Source: Ylistrum balloti (lineage: Eukaryota). From it: DNA of 64,000 nucleotides. Every line of letters starts with the position of its first letter. Position 1 is the first letter of the stretch. Positions 24,923 to 36,713 of this stretch are shown here, piece after piece. The stretch covers positions 992,001 to 1,056,000 of the forward strand of contig NW_026782558.1 in the NCBI RefSeq assembly GCF_031769215.1. The letters are read 5' to 3'. A program made the position numbers and the translations under genes. The notes under the pieces were generated by a model, which had not been told where the DNA came from, did not search any database, and worked only from the letters and a program-made list of their open reading frames with translations.

Positions 24923-27900
24923 TCTATCTGTAAATTACTTTCACCCTCCCTCTGTAAAATACTGTGACCTTCCAGGTGTAAAATACCGTGACCCTCCATA
25001 TGTAAAATGCTGTGACCCACCCTCTGAAAAACACTGTGAACCTCCATCTGTAAAATACTGTGACCCTCCCTCTGCAAAATACTGTGACCTTCCAGGTGTA
25101 AAATACCGTGACCCTCCCTCTGTAAAATACTGTGACCCTCCCTCTGTAAAATACTGTGACCCTCCCTCTGTAAAATACTGTGACCATCAATCTGTAAAAT
25201 ACCGTGACCCTCCATATGTAAAATGCTGTGACCCTCCCTCTGTAAAATACCGTGACCCTCCCTCTGAAAAACACTGTGAACCTCCATCTGTAAAATACTG
25301 TGACCCTCCCTCTGCAAAATACTGTGACCTTCCAGGTGTAAAATACCGTGACCCTCCCTCTGTAAAATACTGTGACCCTCCCTCTGTAAAATACTGTGAC
25401 CCTCCCTCTGTAAAATACTGTGACCCTTCATCTGTAAAATACTGTGACCTTCCAGGTGTAAAATACTGTGACCTTCCAGGTGTAAAATACTGTGACCCTC
25501 CATCTGTAAAATACTGTGACCCTCCCTCTGTAAAATACTGTGACCCTCCATCTGTAAAATACTGTGACCCTCTATCTGTAAAATACTGTGACCTTCCATC
25601 TGTAAAATACCGTGACCCTCCATCTGTAAAATACTGTGACCCTCCATCTGTAAAATACTGTAAAATACTCTGTAAAATACTGTGACCCTCCATCTGTAAA
25701 ATACTGTGACCCTCCATCTGTAAAATACTGTGACCCTCCATCTGTAAAATACTGTGACCCTCCATCTGTAAAATACTGTGACCCTCAATCTGTAAAATAC
25801 TGTGACCCTCCCTCTGTAAAATACTGTGACCCTCCATCTGTAAAATACTGTGACCCTCTATCTGTAAAATACTGTGACCCTCTATCTGTAAAATACTGTG
25901 ACCCTCCATCTGTAAAATACTGTGACCCTCCATCTGTAAAATACTGTGACCCTCCCTCTGTAAAATACTGTGACCCTCCCTCTGTAAAATACTGTGACCT
26001 TCCAGATGTAAAATACTGTGACCCTCCATCTGTAAAATACTGTGACACTCAATCTGTAAAATACCGTGACGCTCCCTTTGTAAAATACTGTGACCCTCCA
26101 TCTTTAAAATACTGTGAACATCAATCTGTAAAATACCGTGACCCTCCCTCTGTAAAATACTGTGACCTTCCAGGTGTAAAATACTGTGACCCTCAATCTG
26201 TAAAATACTGTGACCTTCCAGGTGTAAAATACTGTGACCCTCTATCTGTAAAATACTGTGACCCTCCATCTGTAAAATACTGTGACCCTCCCTCTGTAAA
26301 ATACTGTGACCCTCCCTCTGTAAAATACTGTGACACTCAATCTGTAAAATACCGTGACCCTCCCTCTGTAAAATACTGTGACCCTCCATCTGTAAAATAC
26401 TGTGACACTCAATCTGTAAAAGACTGTGACCCTCCCTCTGTAAAATACTGTGACCCTGCAGGTGTAAAATACTGTCACCCTCCCTTTGTAAAATACTGTG
26501 ACCCTCAATCTGTAAAATACTGTGACCCTCCCTCTGTAAAATACTGTGACCATCAATCTGTAAAATACTGTGACCCTCCCTCTGTAAAATACCGTGACCC
26601 TCCCTCTGTAAAATACTGTGACCCTCCCTCTGTAAAAACATCAATCTGTAAAATACTGTGACCCTCCCTCTGTAAAATACTGTGACCCTCCATCTGTAAA
26701 ATACTGTGACCCTCCATCTGTAAAATACTGTGACCTTCCAGGTGTAAAATACTGTGACCCTCTATCTGTAAAATACTGTGACCCTCAATCTGTAAAATAC
26801 TGTGACCCTTCATCTGTAAAATACTGTGACCTTCTAGGTGTAAAATACTGTGACCCTTCATCTGTAAAATACTGTGACCTTCCAGGTGTAAAATACTGTG
26901 ACCCTTCATCTGTAAAATACTGTGGCCCTTCGTCTGTAAAATACTGTGACCTTCCAGGTGTAAAATACTGTGACCCTCTATCTGTAAAATACTGTGACCT
27001 TCCAGGTGTAAAATACTGTGACCCTCCATTTTTAAAATACTGTGACCCTCAATCTGTAAAATACTGTGACCCTCCCTCTGTAAAATACTGTGACCCTCCC
27101 TCTGTAAAATACTGTGACCTTCCAGATGTAAAATACTGTGACCCTCCATCTGTAAAATACTGTGACCCACAATCTGTAAAATACTGTGACCCTCCATCTG
27201 TAAAATACTGTGACCCTCCATCTGTAAAATACTGTGACCCTCCCTCTGTAAACTACTGTGACCCTCCATCTGTAAAATACTGTGACCCTCCATCTGTAAA
27301 ATACTGTGACCCTCAATCTGTAAAATACTGTGACCCTCAATCTGTAAAATACTGTGACCCTCCATCTGTAAAATACTGTGACCCTCCCTCTGTAAAATAC
27401 TGTGACCCTCCATCTGTAAAATACTGTGACCCTCAATCTGTAAAATACTGTGACCCTCCATCTGTAAAATACTGTGACCTTCCAGGTGTAAAATACTGTG
27501 ACCCTTCATCTGTAAAATACTGGTGTAAAATACTGTGACCCTCCATCTGTAAAATACTGTGACCCTCCCTCTGTAAAATACTGTGACCTTCCAGGTGTAA
27601 AATACTGTGACCCTCAATCTGTAAAATACTGTGACCCTTCATCTGTAAAATACTGTGACCTTCCAGGTGTAAAATACTGTGACCCTTCATCTGTAAAATA
27701 CTGTGATACTCAATCTGTAAAATACCGTGACCCTCCCTCTGTAAAATACTGTGACCTTCCAGATGTAAAATACCGTGACCCTCCCTCTGTAAAATACTGT
27801 GACCCTCCATTTGTAAAATACTGCGACCCTCAATCTGTAAAATACTGTGACCCTCCATCTGTAAAATACTGTGACCCTCCATCTGTAAAATACTGTGACC

Positions 27901-28635
27901 CACAATCTGTAAAATACTGTGACCCTCCATCTGTAAAATACTGTGACCCTCCATCTGTGACCCTCTATCTGTAAAATACTGTGACCCACAATCTGTAAAA
28001 TACTGTGACCCTTCATCTGTAAAATACTGTGACCTTCCAGGTGTAAAATACTGTGACCCTTCATCTGTAAAATACTGTGATACTCAATCTGTAAAATATC
28101 GTGACGCTCCCTTTGTAAAATACTGTGACACCCACCCCCCTTTGTAAAATACTGTGACCCTCTATCTGTAAAATACTGCGACCCTCAATGTGTAAAATAC
28201 TGTGACCCTCAATCTGTAAAATACTGTGACCCACAATCTGTAAAATACTGTGACCCTCCCTCTTTAAAATTCTGTGACCCTCAATCTGTAAAATACTGTG
28301 ACCCTCAATCTGTAAAATACCGTGACCCTCCCTCTGTAAAAAACTGTGACCCTCCATCTGTAAAATATTGCGACCCTCAATCTGTAAAATACTGTGACCC
28401 TCCATCTGTAAAATACTGTGACCCTCCCTCTGTAAAATACTGTGACCCTCAATCTGTAAAATACTGTGACTCTTCCCTCTGTAAAATACTTTGACTCTCC
28501 CTCTGTAAAATACTGTGACCTTCCAGGTGTAAAATACCGTGACCCTCCCTCTGTAAAATACTGTGACCTTCCAGGTGTAAAATACCGTGACCCTCCCTCT
28601 GTAAAACAGTGTTGCCCTCCATCTGTAAAATACTG
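24923..28635. repeat. 24-bp tandem array, about 155 copies; degenerate units continue left to about 24620
   Basis: The unit is CTGTAAAATACTGTGACCCTCC(A/C)T, with variants CAAT, CTAT, TCAT and TCCAGGTG. Confidence 0.99.
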
Positions 28636-28649
28636 TTATTGACGATCAA

Positions 28650-29112
28650 GATCTAGAATCAGTATTTATAGAAAATGTATTCCCCTTTACCAAACGGTGC
28701 TTACAACTAAATTCGAACAATATTCTGTGGTTCCTTGAGAAGAAGGTTGCTGAAAGAATTTTGAAATTTTCCATAAGAGCTATGCCTCTCTTGCCACAGG
28801 GGCCCCAAGCCTACTGTGTACACAAATTTTACTCTCCTTCACCAGATGATGTTTCAGAGTAAATTTGGATCATATCCTGTAATACCTTCAGAACAAGTAG
28901 GATTTTAGAGAATTCACTAAATTTCCCCTATTGGGCCTCATCTCTTTGGCCCCTGAGGGCCAGACCCACCATTTCTACAAAATTTGATCCCTTCCCCCAA
29001 GGCTGCTTCTGACCAAATTTGGTCAAAATCTGCTTTGTGGCTCAGGTCTAGCAGGAATTTATAGGAAAAGTTGACGGATGGGCTGTCGGCTATGGGCCTC
29101 TTGTATACTTTT
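28650..29112. mobile_element. Helentron/HINE-like element with about 3 decayed ~165-bp satellite-like units
   Basis: It contains GGCCCCTGAGGG..CCATTTCTACAAAATTTGATCCCTTCCCCCAAGG..CCAAATTTGGTCAAAATC and ends GGGCCTCTTGT (reverse complement of ACAAGAGGCCC). It resembles oyster Cg170/BIV160-type units as I recall them. Confidence 0.55.
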
Positions 29113-29317
29113 CTATTCATTCTAATAACTTCGCCAGTTTTTCATTGCACTTCATAGATTTTTATGACAATGAGGATTATGCAGCAAATAAGATGCCAAT
29201 ATCTTTTTCATAAAAAATGGATGGTAGAGAAAAGGATAATATAACCTACCTTTTAATATGAGTTATAATTATGATAATGATGTTGATTATGAAAATGATG
29301 ATGATGAAAAAGCATCT

Positions 29318-29810
29318 CAGTATTTTACAGAGGGAGGGTCACAGTATTTTACTGAGGGAGGGTCACAGTATTTTACAGATGGAGGGTCACAGTATTTTAC
29401 AGAGGAAGGATCACAGTATCTTACAGATGGAGGGTCACAGTATTTCACACCCGGAGCGTCACAGTATTTTACAGCGGGAAGATCAAATTATTTCATTGAG
29501 GAGGATAACAGTTATTTACAGAGAGAGGGGCACAGTGTTTTATGGAGGAATGATCACAATATTTTAGAGATAGAGTTTCAGAGTAGTTTGCGGAGGAATG
29601 TATAATGGTGACTGAAGGATGGTGAAGGTTTTGTATAGTAGGAGAGCACAAAGTTATGTCCCAATGGAAGCTCACAGTATTGAAGAGACTTTGGGTCATA
29701 GTATTTTATAACTGGAGGGCCATACAATTTAGTATTGTACAGAGTGAGGGTGAAAAGCCGAAGTAGAGTGCCACACAAGAAGGCGCAGGATTTTACAGAC
29801 GATCTGTTAC
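29318..29810 (-). repeat. Inverted copy of the 24-bp array (about 7 good units, then decaying outward)
   Basis: CAGTATTTTACAGAGGGAGGGTCA repeats are the reverse complement of the 24923-28635 unit. Confidence 0.92.
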
Positions 29811-30099
29811 ATACACTATACAGATTCTTGACTCATATTCACTGCAGCACTCTTCCAGTAGCAATGGTTGTGAAAAAAATCAAATGCTACATAGGTAAAT
29901 TTTGTTTCAAGGCACAAACTTTGAAAGTTTGTACTACAGTGTTAAAAATTGTTACGTTTTGAAAGAGTCGCGTTTCTATGGAGGCTGAGAATCTGTACAC
30001 GTAACTAGCTAATCCCGCCATAGAATTGTAAATGATCTTGTCTGAATATATCATCATGCACATCTCAATTGGTTTATATTTGCCGCGTAGTAAAGTGTC

Positions 30100-32040
30100 A
30101 ACACATCATGGAAATATTTAACAATAAGGAAATCCTTGTGGTTTCATTACTTCTCATGAAATAGAGATATCAAACTTCATAGTCGGCCATTTTGCTTTTC
30201 TGATCACTCAAAAAGTCTCAACTAGGGACCAAGTGAACCTACATATGAATTCTGAGAGAAATTTATACAGCACTTCTCACAAAATTGTGATAAGAAACTT
30301 TCACCGTTGAAATCCAAGATAGCCTTTTGTTGGCCATTTTTTTCTGATCTGTCCCAAAATCTAACAGATACAAAATGGGACAAAGATTTTTACAATGAAA
30401 GTTTCTTAACCTATTCTTGAGAAGTACATATGAGAGAGATCCACCCTGTACTTCTCAAGGAATAGCATAAGAAATTTTCATTGTAAAAATCCAAGATGGC
30501 CCCGTAACTACCATAGTGACTTTTTTATCAGTCCAAAAATCAAGAGAAAAACTAGGGACCAATAGGAACTTACTTATGTTTTTTTCTTAATTTTCGAGTT
30601 ACACATTTTCCTTTTTGTTTTTTTGTATGTCATCTAAATATTTAGTAAGAAGAATGAATTGAGTTCATACAAATCATTACCCTCCTGAGTGATGTATCAA
30701 ATGAAATTCGGTTGAAATTGACTTGATCATCTAAGAATACTAGCACTGGAAAGACAAATTTCTGCTTAATTTGCCATTTGGGGCCCTGCGTCCAGTTCCC
30801 TCGGCTCAAATCAACTGAGTGCATGAAATGAACGCCATCCATAGTAATATTTGGTTGAAAATGCTGAGGCATCAAGGAAAGACAATCATTCTAAATAAAA
30901 AATTTAAGGCAAATTCTCCTTTGGAGCCCTGTCCCCAGACCACCAAACCAGCTGTTCTCATTTTAGAAATGATCATCTATCCCTAATGATATTGGAGTTA
31001 AGTTAAGTTGAAGTATGCTGAGGTGTTGTAGAAGAGTAGTGTTTTAAAGCAAAATTTTAGTCAAGTAACAAATTTGAGCACCATTTCCCTGTCCTCAGGG
31101 ATTGAATATCTTTTAGAATTGAAGAAATAATTGCCAACCAATTGTTTCTGAACAAACATGGTTGAATATTTTAAAGGAAATGCTCATGGCAGATGACAAT
31201 AGAAGAAACACAGAGGCTATTGGTCACCTTGACTCTAAAATCATTAGGATTTTGTGTAAAGCAATGATTATTCCTGAAACACTCCATTATCGTCTCTAGT
31301 AGCCTAACGAGTGAACAAAGTTAACATTTGTGCCAATGTTTCTTCAGCCATTCATTCAGTTCACTTAGTTCAGTTAGTGTGACTTTCAGCAAAAAACAAT
31401 AAGCTTGCCCTGTGTTATGATCACACTAAGTTCATTATCGACAAGTGCTATGAAATACTGTGAAAGCGTCTTTTTGTGTCACATGCGTCTTACGTGACAT
31501 CAAGAAAACCAAGATCCTGACCCTGTGTATTTTTATTCATCCATTAAAAGACAATAAAAATTTACATAAAATGGACCCTTGTTACCTTGAAGGAAGGCCA
31601 CTGGAATTAGCTAATCACATAAATTTATTTGAAGATTTCAACATACTTGACCCCTACAGCCTTGAAAGTAATAAGTCAACATGACATCATTCATATTATT
31701 TACAAAAATACCAGAAACAAGTTCACCCTAGCAGACTCTGGAACAAAGGACAATGAACTTTTATATAAATTAGCTATTCAGAAGAAAATGTATTAACATT
31801 TTTACACAATCAACCGTTCTTCAGCCTTGAAAGTGGGTTGAGGTCATTCCTTTGACAAACTTGATATATACAGCTCCAATATCAATAATAAATTTTGAGT
31901 TGATTAATGATATTAATACAGTTGACCTTTGTGACCTTGAAAGGTCAAAGTCACTAATTTGAACAAACTTGAAAGACTGTCTTCCTAACATGCTACACGC
32001 TGACAAATGAAAAATTACTGTAATGACTCGGACCAAATTG
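30100..32040. mobile_element. Cluster of decayed satellite-bearing interspersed repeats (HINE-like)
   Basis: AATCCAAGAT(A/G)GC units about 180 bp apart, TTTGGTTGAAA words, a GGCTATTGGTCACCTTG end and GTGACCTTGAAAGGTCAAAGTCA are typical bivalve repeat vocabulary. Boundaries are uncertain. Confidence 0.4.
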
Positions 32041-32295
32041 ATGTGGTTGGAAAGAAAGAATACAAGAGAGTGATTTGCATCATAAAATATTTTCTAAAGA
32101 GAAAACATCAAAATTTCAAAACTACATATCAATAGTCACTGGGGTCTTAACAATATTTCTTCTTTCCCATAATAAATTAACAGAGAAATACACATTGCAT
32201 GACATGAATACAAACGTGTTGATTACTTGGAAGTTATGTTTGTATTGACATGCCTTATAGTAAGGCAGCTATGGCTAATAGTATTTAACTGATTA

Positions 32296-34272
32296 TTATC
32301 TGCCCTGACACAACGGCATCACACTGAACACAACATTGTCTTTGCTATCTCCTGCAGCAGATATCGAGGAAAACTTTGCTTTGGACATTTTCTTTCTTCC
32401 ACAGGTCAATGGCTTTACAGAGAACTTCATCTGAAATTTAGGTTCAGAACTTTGTCTACAAGGTTTCTTAACAAACGGTTCAGGTTTATGAAAACATGAT
32501 TGATCACTTTTTTTATTATCCTCTTCTGAACTTTCACTACAGAGTGATTTTCTATGGTTTTCCTGTTTTGTTTTCATGACATCCACTGAGTCGTCAACAA
32601 AATTTATGTAATCTGTTGTGGAGTTATCTCCCCTTCGTAGTGATGTACTTGTACCATCACTACTAGTGTCATCAAGGATGATCACATCTTCAACATCTGA
32701 GTTCTTTTCCTCTTTCAGATTAATAGGTGTGTTGTTTGTTGTCTCCTGATCAGAATTTGTTGATAAATGGCTACTACATGTATCTAAAGTAATAAGTGTT
32801 TTATTCCCTCTTGATTGTGTCTCTGAGCTAAAGCTGTTTCCTTTGCTCTTCTTGAAAAGCAATGGTCTATAACGTGGATGACTTCTATCTTTCTTCGTTA
32901 CATCTTTTTGCATATCACTCACTGACAACCATTTATCCAGTAAGGTATTCTTTACTTGAGGTTGCCTATTTTCTAACTCTGTCTTCTGTTTTTTTGACAA
33001 AGGTGATATGCTGTAGTCATTATTTTTTAACATTTCTGAACCATTTTTCTCTCTGTTTTCATTATCGATATTTTCCAAAGTAACTGTTGTAAAACACACA
33101 TCTTCATCACCGTCAGAAAACACAACTCCTCTAGCTTGGGATACTGATTTTTTTTTCTGTCTGGCTTTCAAAACCTTTGCATTTCTCCTTTTTCTTAAGT
33201 TGCCGTAGTTACTAGAAACATTGTACATCCATTTTTGTACGGATTCTGGAATATCAAGCACTATACCAATTCTATCCTTTTTATTCAAAAGATGTGAAAA
33301 ACAACCCATGTTAGAGCGGTCAGAGATGTCTACACCAAAAGGTCCCCTTGAATTTGCCTTAACAATTGGGATAATTTTGTGTGGTTTCACCGTGGAAACA
33401 AATTTGTGTAATTCCTGAAAGGAGCTGTGATCAGAATACTGCACAGTAAATATGTTGGTCTTGTTGTTGCAACTGTTGAACCCCAAACCCTGATAGAGAG
33501 CTGTCGGAAGAATGGCTATTGTTGGAGTGACTTTGTTCCAAGTATCAATGTTTTTTTTGGATACTGCCTGAAATTTCACAACTCGTATTCTACAGCTCTC
33601 ATCATCTACGACAAACACATTGGGCAGTTTGAGCAGGTTAACACGTTGCTCCATTGTAGCTGGGATGGATATCCACTCCTTACATTTCAGTGCGATGTTG
33701 GCCAACATGTCTTCTTTCCCAAGATTTCGCATTCCGACAACCACAGTATGATGAGGATGTGAGTTAATTATAGACAAAATTTCATTCAAAGCAATATCTC
33801 TAGATGGAAAAACACAATTGGGAGAACAGTAGGTATTATCCAAGTACAGGAGGTCAATGTCATTAAACAACGCTCTGTTTGATTGGCTCATCATATTGTC
33901 ACAAAGACGAAAATCTCCTGTGTGTAATATCCGACCAAAATAGCCTTCAAATAAGTACATGACTGAACCAGGACAATGGTTAGCATCAAAAACTGTCACC
34001 AACATCTTCTCACAATCAACGTCGTCAAGGTCAAGGATATGTGAAGTACCGACTTCTAAAGGTCGTACAAGGGATTCCTCAATTCCATACAACTGAGTCA
34101 GGAGCTCTCCTGTCATTGGAGAACAATGAATAGTATGTCTCCATGATGATGAAAGGCCAACAATATGGTCACCATGAAGATGGGTAAGAAAAAAGAGTTT
34201 TGAGGAAGGACATTCTCTGATCTTCCAAAAGTCCACAGCAATGGGTGTGCCTTGGATAACTGTGCCATTCAT
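32296..34272 (-). CDS. DCLRE1B: 5' exonuclease Apollo (SNM1B), metallo-beta-lactamase/beta-CASP, 658 aa, single coding exon
   Basis: MNGTVIQGTPIAVDFW matches the Apollo N-terminus. Motifs are FFLTHLHGDH, ANHCPGS, HTGDFR, LYLDNT and YSDHSS, followed by a low-complexity tail. An acceptor ttttttatag lies about 70 nt upstream of the ATG. Confidence 0.95.
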   Translation of the reverse strand: MNGTVIQGTPIAVDFWKIRECPSSKLFFLTHLHGDHIVGLSSSWRHTIHCSPMTGELLTQLYGIEESLVRPLEVGTSHILDLDDVDCEKMLVTVFDANHCPGSVMYLFEGYFGRILHTGDFRLCDNMMSQSNRALFNDIDLLYLDNTYCSPNCVFPSRDIALNEILSIINSHPHHTVVVGMRNLGKEDMLANIALKCKEWISIPATMEQRVNLLKLPNVFVVDDESCRIRVVKFQAVSKKNIDTWNKVTPTIAILPTALYQGLGFNSCNNKTNIFTVQYSDHSSFQELHKFVSTVKPHKIIPIVKANSRGPFGVDISDRSNMGCFSHLLNKKDRIGIVLDIPESVQKWMYNVSSNYGNLRKRRNAKVLKARQKKKSVSQARGVVFSDGDEDVCFTTVTLENIDNENREKNGSEMLKNNDYSISPLSKKQKTELENRQPQVKNTLLDKWLSVSDMQKDVTKKDRSHPRYRPLLFKKSKGNSFSSETQSRGNKTLITLDTCSSHLSTNSDQETTNNTPINLKEEKNSDVEDVIILDDTSSDGTSTSLRRGDNSTTDYINFVDDSVDVMKTKQENHRKSLCSESSEEDNKKSDQSCFHKPEPFVKKPCRQSSEPKFQMKFSVKPLTCGRKKMSKAKFSSISAAGDSKDNVVFSVMPLCQGR

Positions 34273-35287
34273 GATCAGAATAAAGATCCATTTCTGTAGG
34301 GAATCTGATTCATCCGAGTGTTTGTCTTCATTTTGGATTACTATAAAAAAACAAAACAAAACTTTTTATTAGTCTGATATATTCATGTTGTAAATAACAG
34401 TGTATGAATTCCATTGACATTTAGCTAATTTCATACATCAAATTAATTCAAAGACCAAAGCAAATAAAAAGATGCATCAAGTGATATGTCGGCAAAACAT
34501 TTAAACAAATAATTATAAATGACTTGATTAAATAATGATTTCCTTTATTTTCAAGCTGAGAGTGGTGAAGAATGTATTGGGCGATATTTAGGTTGTAAAT
34601 AGCCTAAACATGCATTTTGTTTTTAACTGTCAAATGTTAACAAAAATAATTGTCACAAAGGTTAACAGAATTAATTCTTAGCTTTATATTAGGGCCTACA
34701 ATTTATTTTGAAAATCAGTTATTTCCTTTTGGAGAAAACTGGTACATAAACACAGCAAGAATAACTGACTAGATTTTCTTTGCTGTAACTTTACATAGGT
34801 ATATATAAACAGTCTAGTTTTCCTATTGTTCTCTCTATTATACTTATATATATATATACTTCCCTACATGAAAGATGCAATTCAGAGAGCTACTTTTGGC
34901 ATGTTTAAATTCTTGAGGTCAATACATATTAATTAGTCTAAGCACGGTCCAAGAATTGAAGTTGCATAAAACTAGACGTTAAATTAAACCTTCTCTAGAT
35001 CTGCCCCTTTACAAAGTCAGTAATGATCGATGTTAGTAGTCCACATTGGGATAGTCATTACATTACTGTTATCGAAACTTTCTAACGATAATTAAAGAGA
35101 GTGTCAGCATTACCAGGTGAATAACATTCAAGGCATTATGAAATTATGCTCATTTGAAAAACACATTTTCCCGGGCTGGAGAATTTCCGGTTTTCATTCC
35201 CACTTTTATAACACACATCGATCGCTGTTACGAGAATGTTTTATGCGAGAGGCTGTTACGTCTGACTAATTCAAACATCTGACTTAC

Positions 35288-35570
35288 ACGGTTGTCTTGT
35301 CAAGGAGAGCACGGTTGTGAATTATATAGCTGGGACACTGTTAGACTAAAGGGATGCTAGTGCATGAATGGGACGTATAATTTATCGAAGCAAGCCGTGA
35401 ACATTTCAGCATAAGTCACAACTACAGAGTAGTAAGTATATATGGATTCGTCAAGTTTATCTCGTTGATAGGCGATTTTATAACTATTTCGCCTCATATT
35501 GACAACCATACCGCCCTGAAAAGCTATATCGCCCAAACCATTTCGCACGAAAAGGAAAAAGACCTCACAT
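35288..35570. promoter_or_regulatory. Putative compact bidirectional promoter holding the non-coding first exons of DCLRE1B (-) and MRPS33 (+)
   Basis: Two outward-facing GTAAGT donors (minus at 35287, plus at 35571) bracket a CpG-richer segment between head-to-head genes whose ATGs are each preceded by an acceptor. Confidence 0.5.
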
Positions 35571-36713
35571 GTAAGTGCTTTAATGATGCACAATTGTACG
35601 CTCATGTAATTCCATGGTGATATATCAATTTCGTGTCAATAGATATGGCAATGAATATTATCACAGACTCCGAAAAATTCCAATTAAATATGAGTACAAT
35701 TGATATAACAAACGACACAGGGATCTAACTCTTCTGTAATTGTTGCCAGAGTTCGATTTTCCTCAAGCCTCAATTGGCAATTTGATTTCATTGAACTTTG
35801 AAAATTTCGTTTTGGATTTCTACTTTGTTTAACTATGAAGAATGATTTTTGTCATAATATAATAAATAGCCCAAAGTCATTTGTGAATGATATGAAGTTG
35901 ATATATAAATGCCAATCGAGTTTCTCAATGCCCTTTAAATAGTAAGGAATTGTCTGGCTTAAGCTTCATCATTTGAGAGGTAAAAGGGAACAAGCTAAAC
36001 AATTATGTTTCTTTCTTTCTTTTCCTTTTTTTTTTTTTTTTTACAAATGTATACTCACACAAATAAATACATTGCACAAGGACATGGTGAATATTCTGCA
36101 CAGTCTGTATGTGTATGGTGTTCCATTTACACAACAGGTCAAACCTGAAAAAAGATCCACAATATTAAAGCAATTCTCCTTCTTAGACTTTCTCAATGGG
36201 AATTCATAGAGGGACATCCATATTGGATTTTTGACCTACTTGAAAATGTTAAATATGACACTTTCAACCCTTGTCCAATATTATATACTTTGAAGACAGT
36301 GGTCATCTCTTTTACCAGTCAAAAGATTACAATTAACAATCCACAGAAATGGTAGAAGACTAAGAAACATAGCAACATAGATCTTTTCATAATATTGTGA
36401 TAAGCACTAAATTCAAGCAAAAAATCAAATTGCAAAAATTTGCATTTGAGATTTCTGTTTTGTCAATGTATAAAGGCAGTATGATATAGGAAGTTCTCAA
36501 TGGACAAAATGTAATAACTTTGAATTCAAATTTACAGACTTTTTAAACATTACTTGTAACAATAAAAAAAAGAAAAATTAGTTGATGGCAATGTTTGTAC
36601 ATGTACAACTGAATATTTACTTAATGTAAACATATCCTAGAAGTGTGTGAATGTATACACATACCTGTAAGCATTACACAAACTATTTATCCCATTGTTT
36701 TATTCAGAAAAAA

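Noticed and set aside
24877-29605. EGHSILQ(M/R/I), SQYFTDGG and RVTVFYRW repeat ORFs
   Set aside because: These are translations of the 24-bp array in several frames, with frequent frame switches.
252-34272. Functional cluster of DNase I, CARD-DD adaptor and Apollo (DNA damage/cell death)
   Set aside because: The genes are far apart, on mixed strands and interleaved with unrelated DNA; nothing supports co-regulation.
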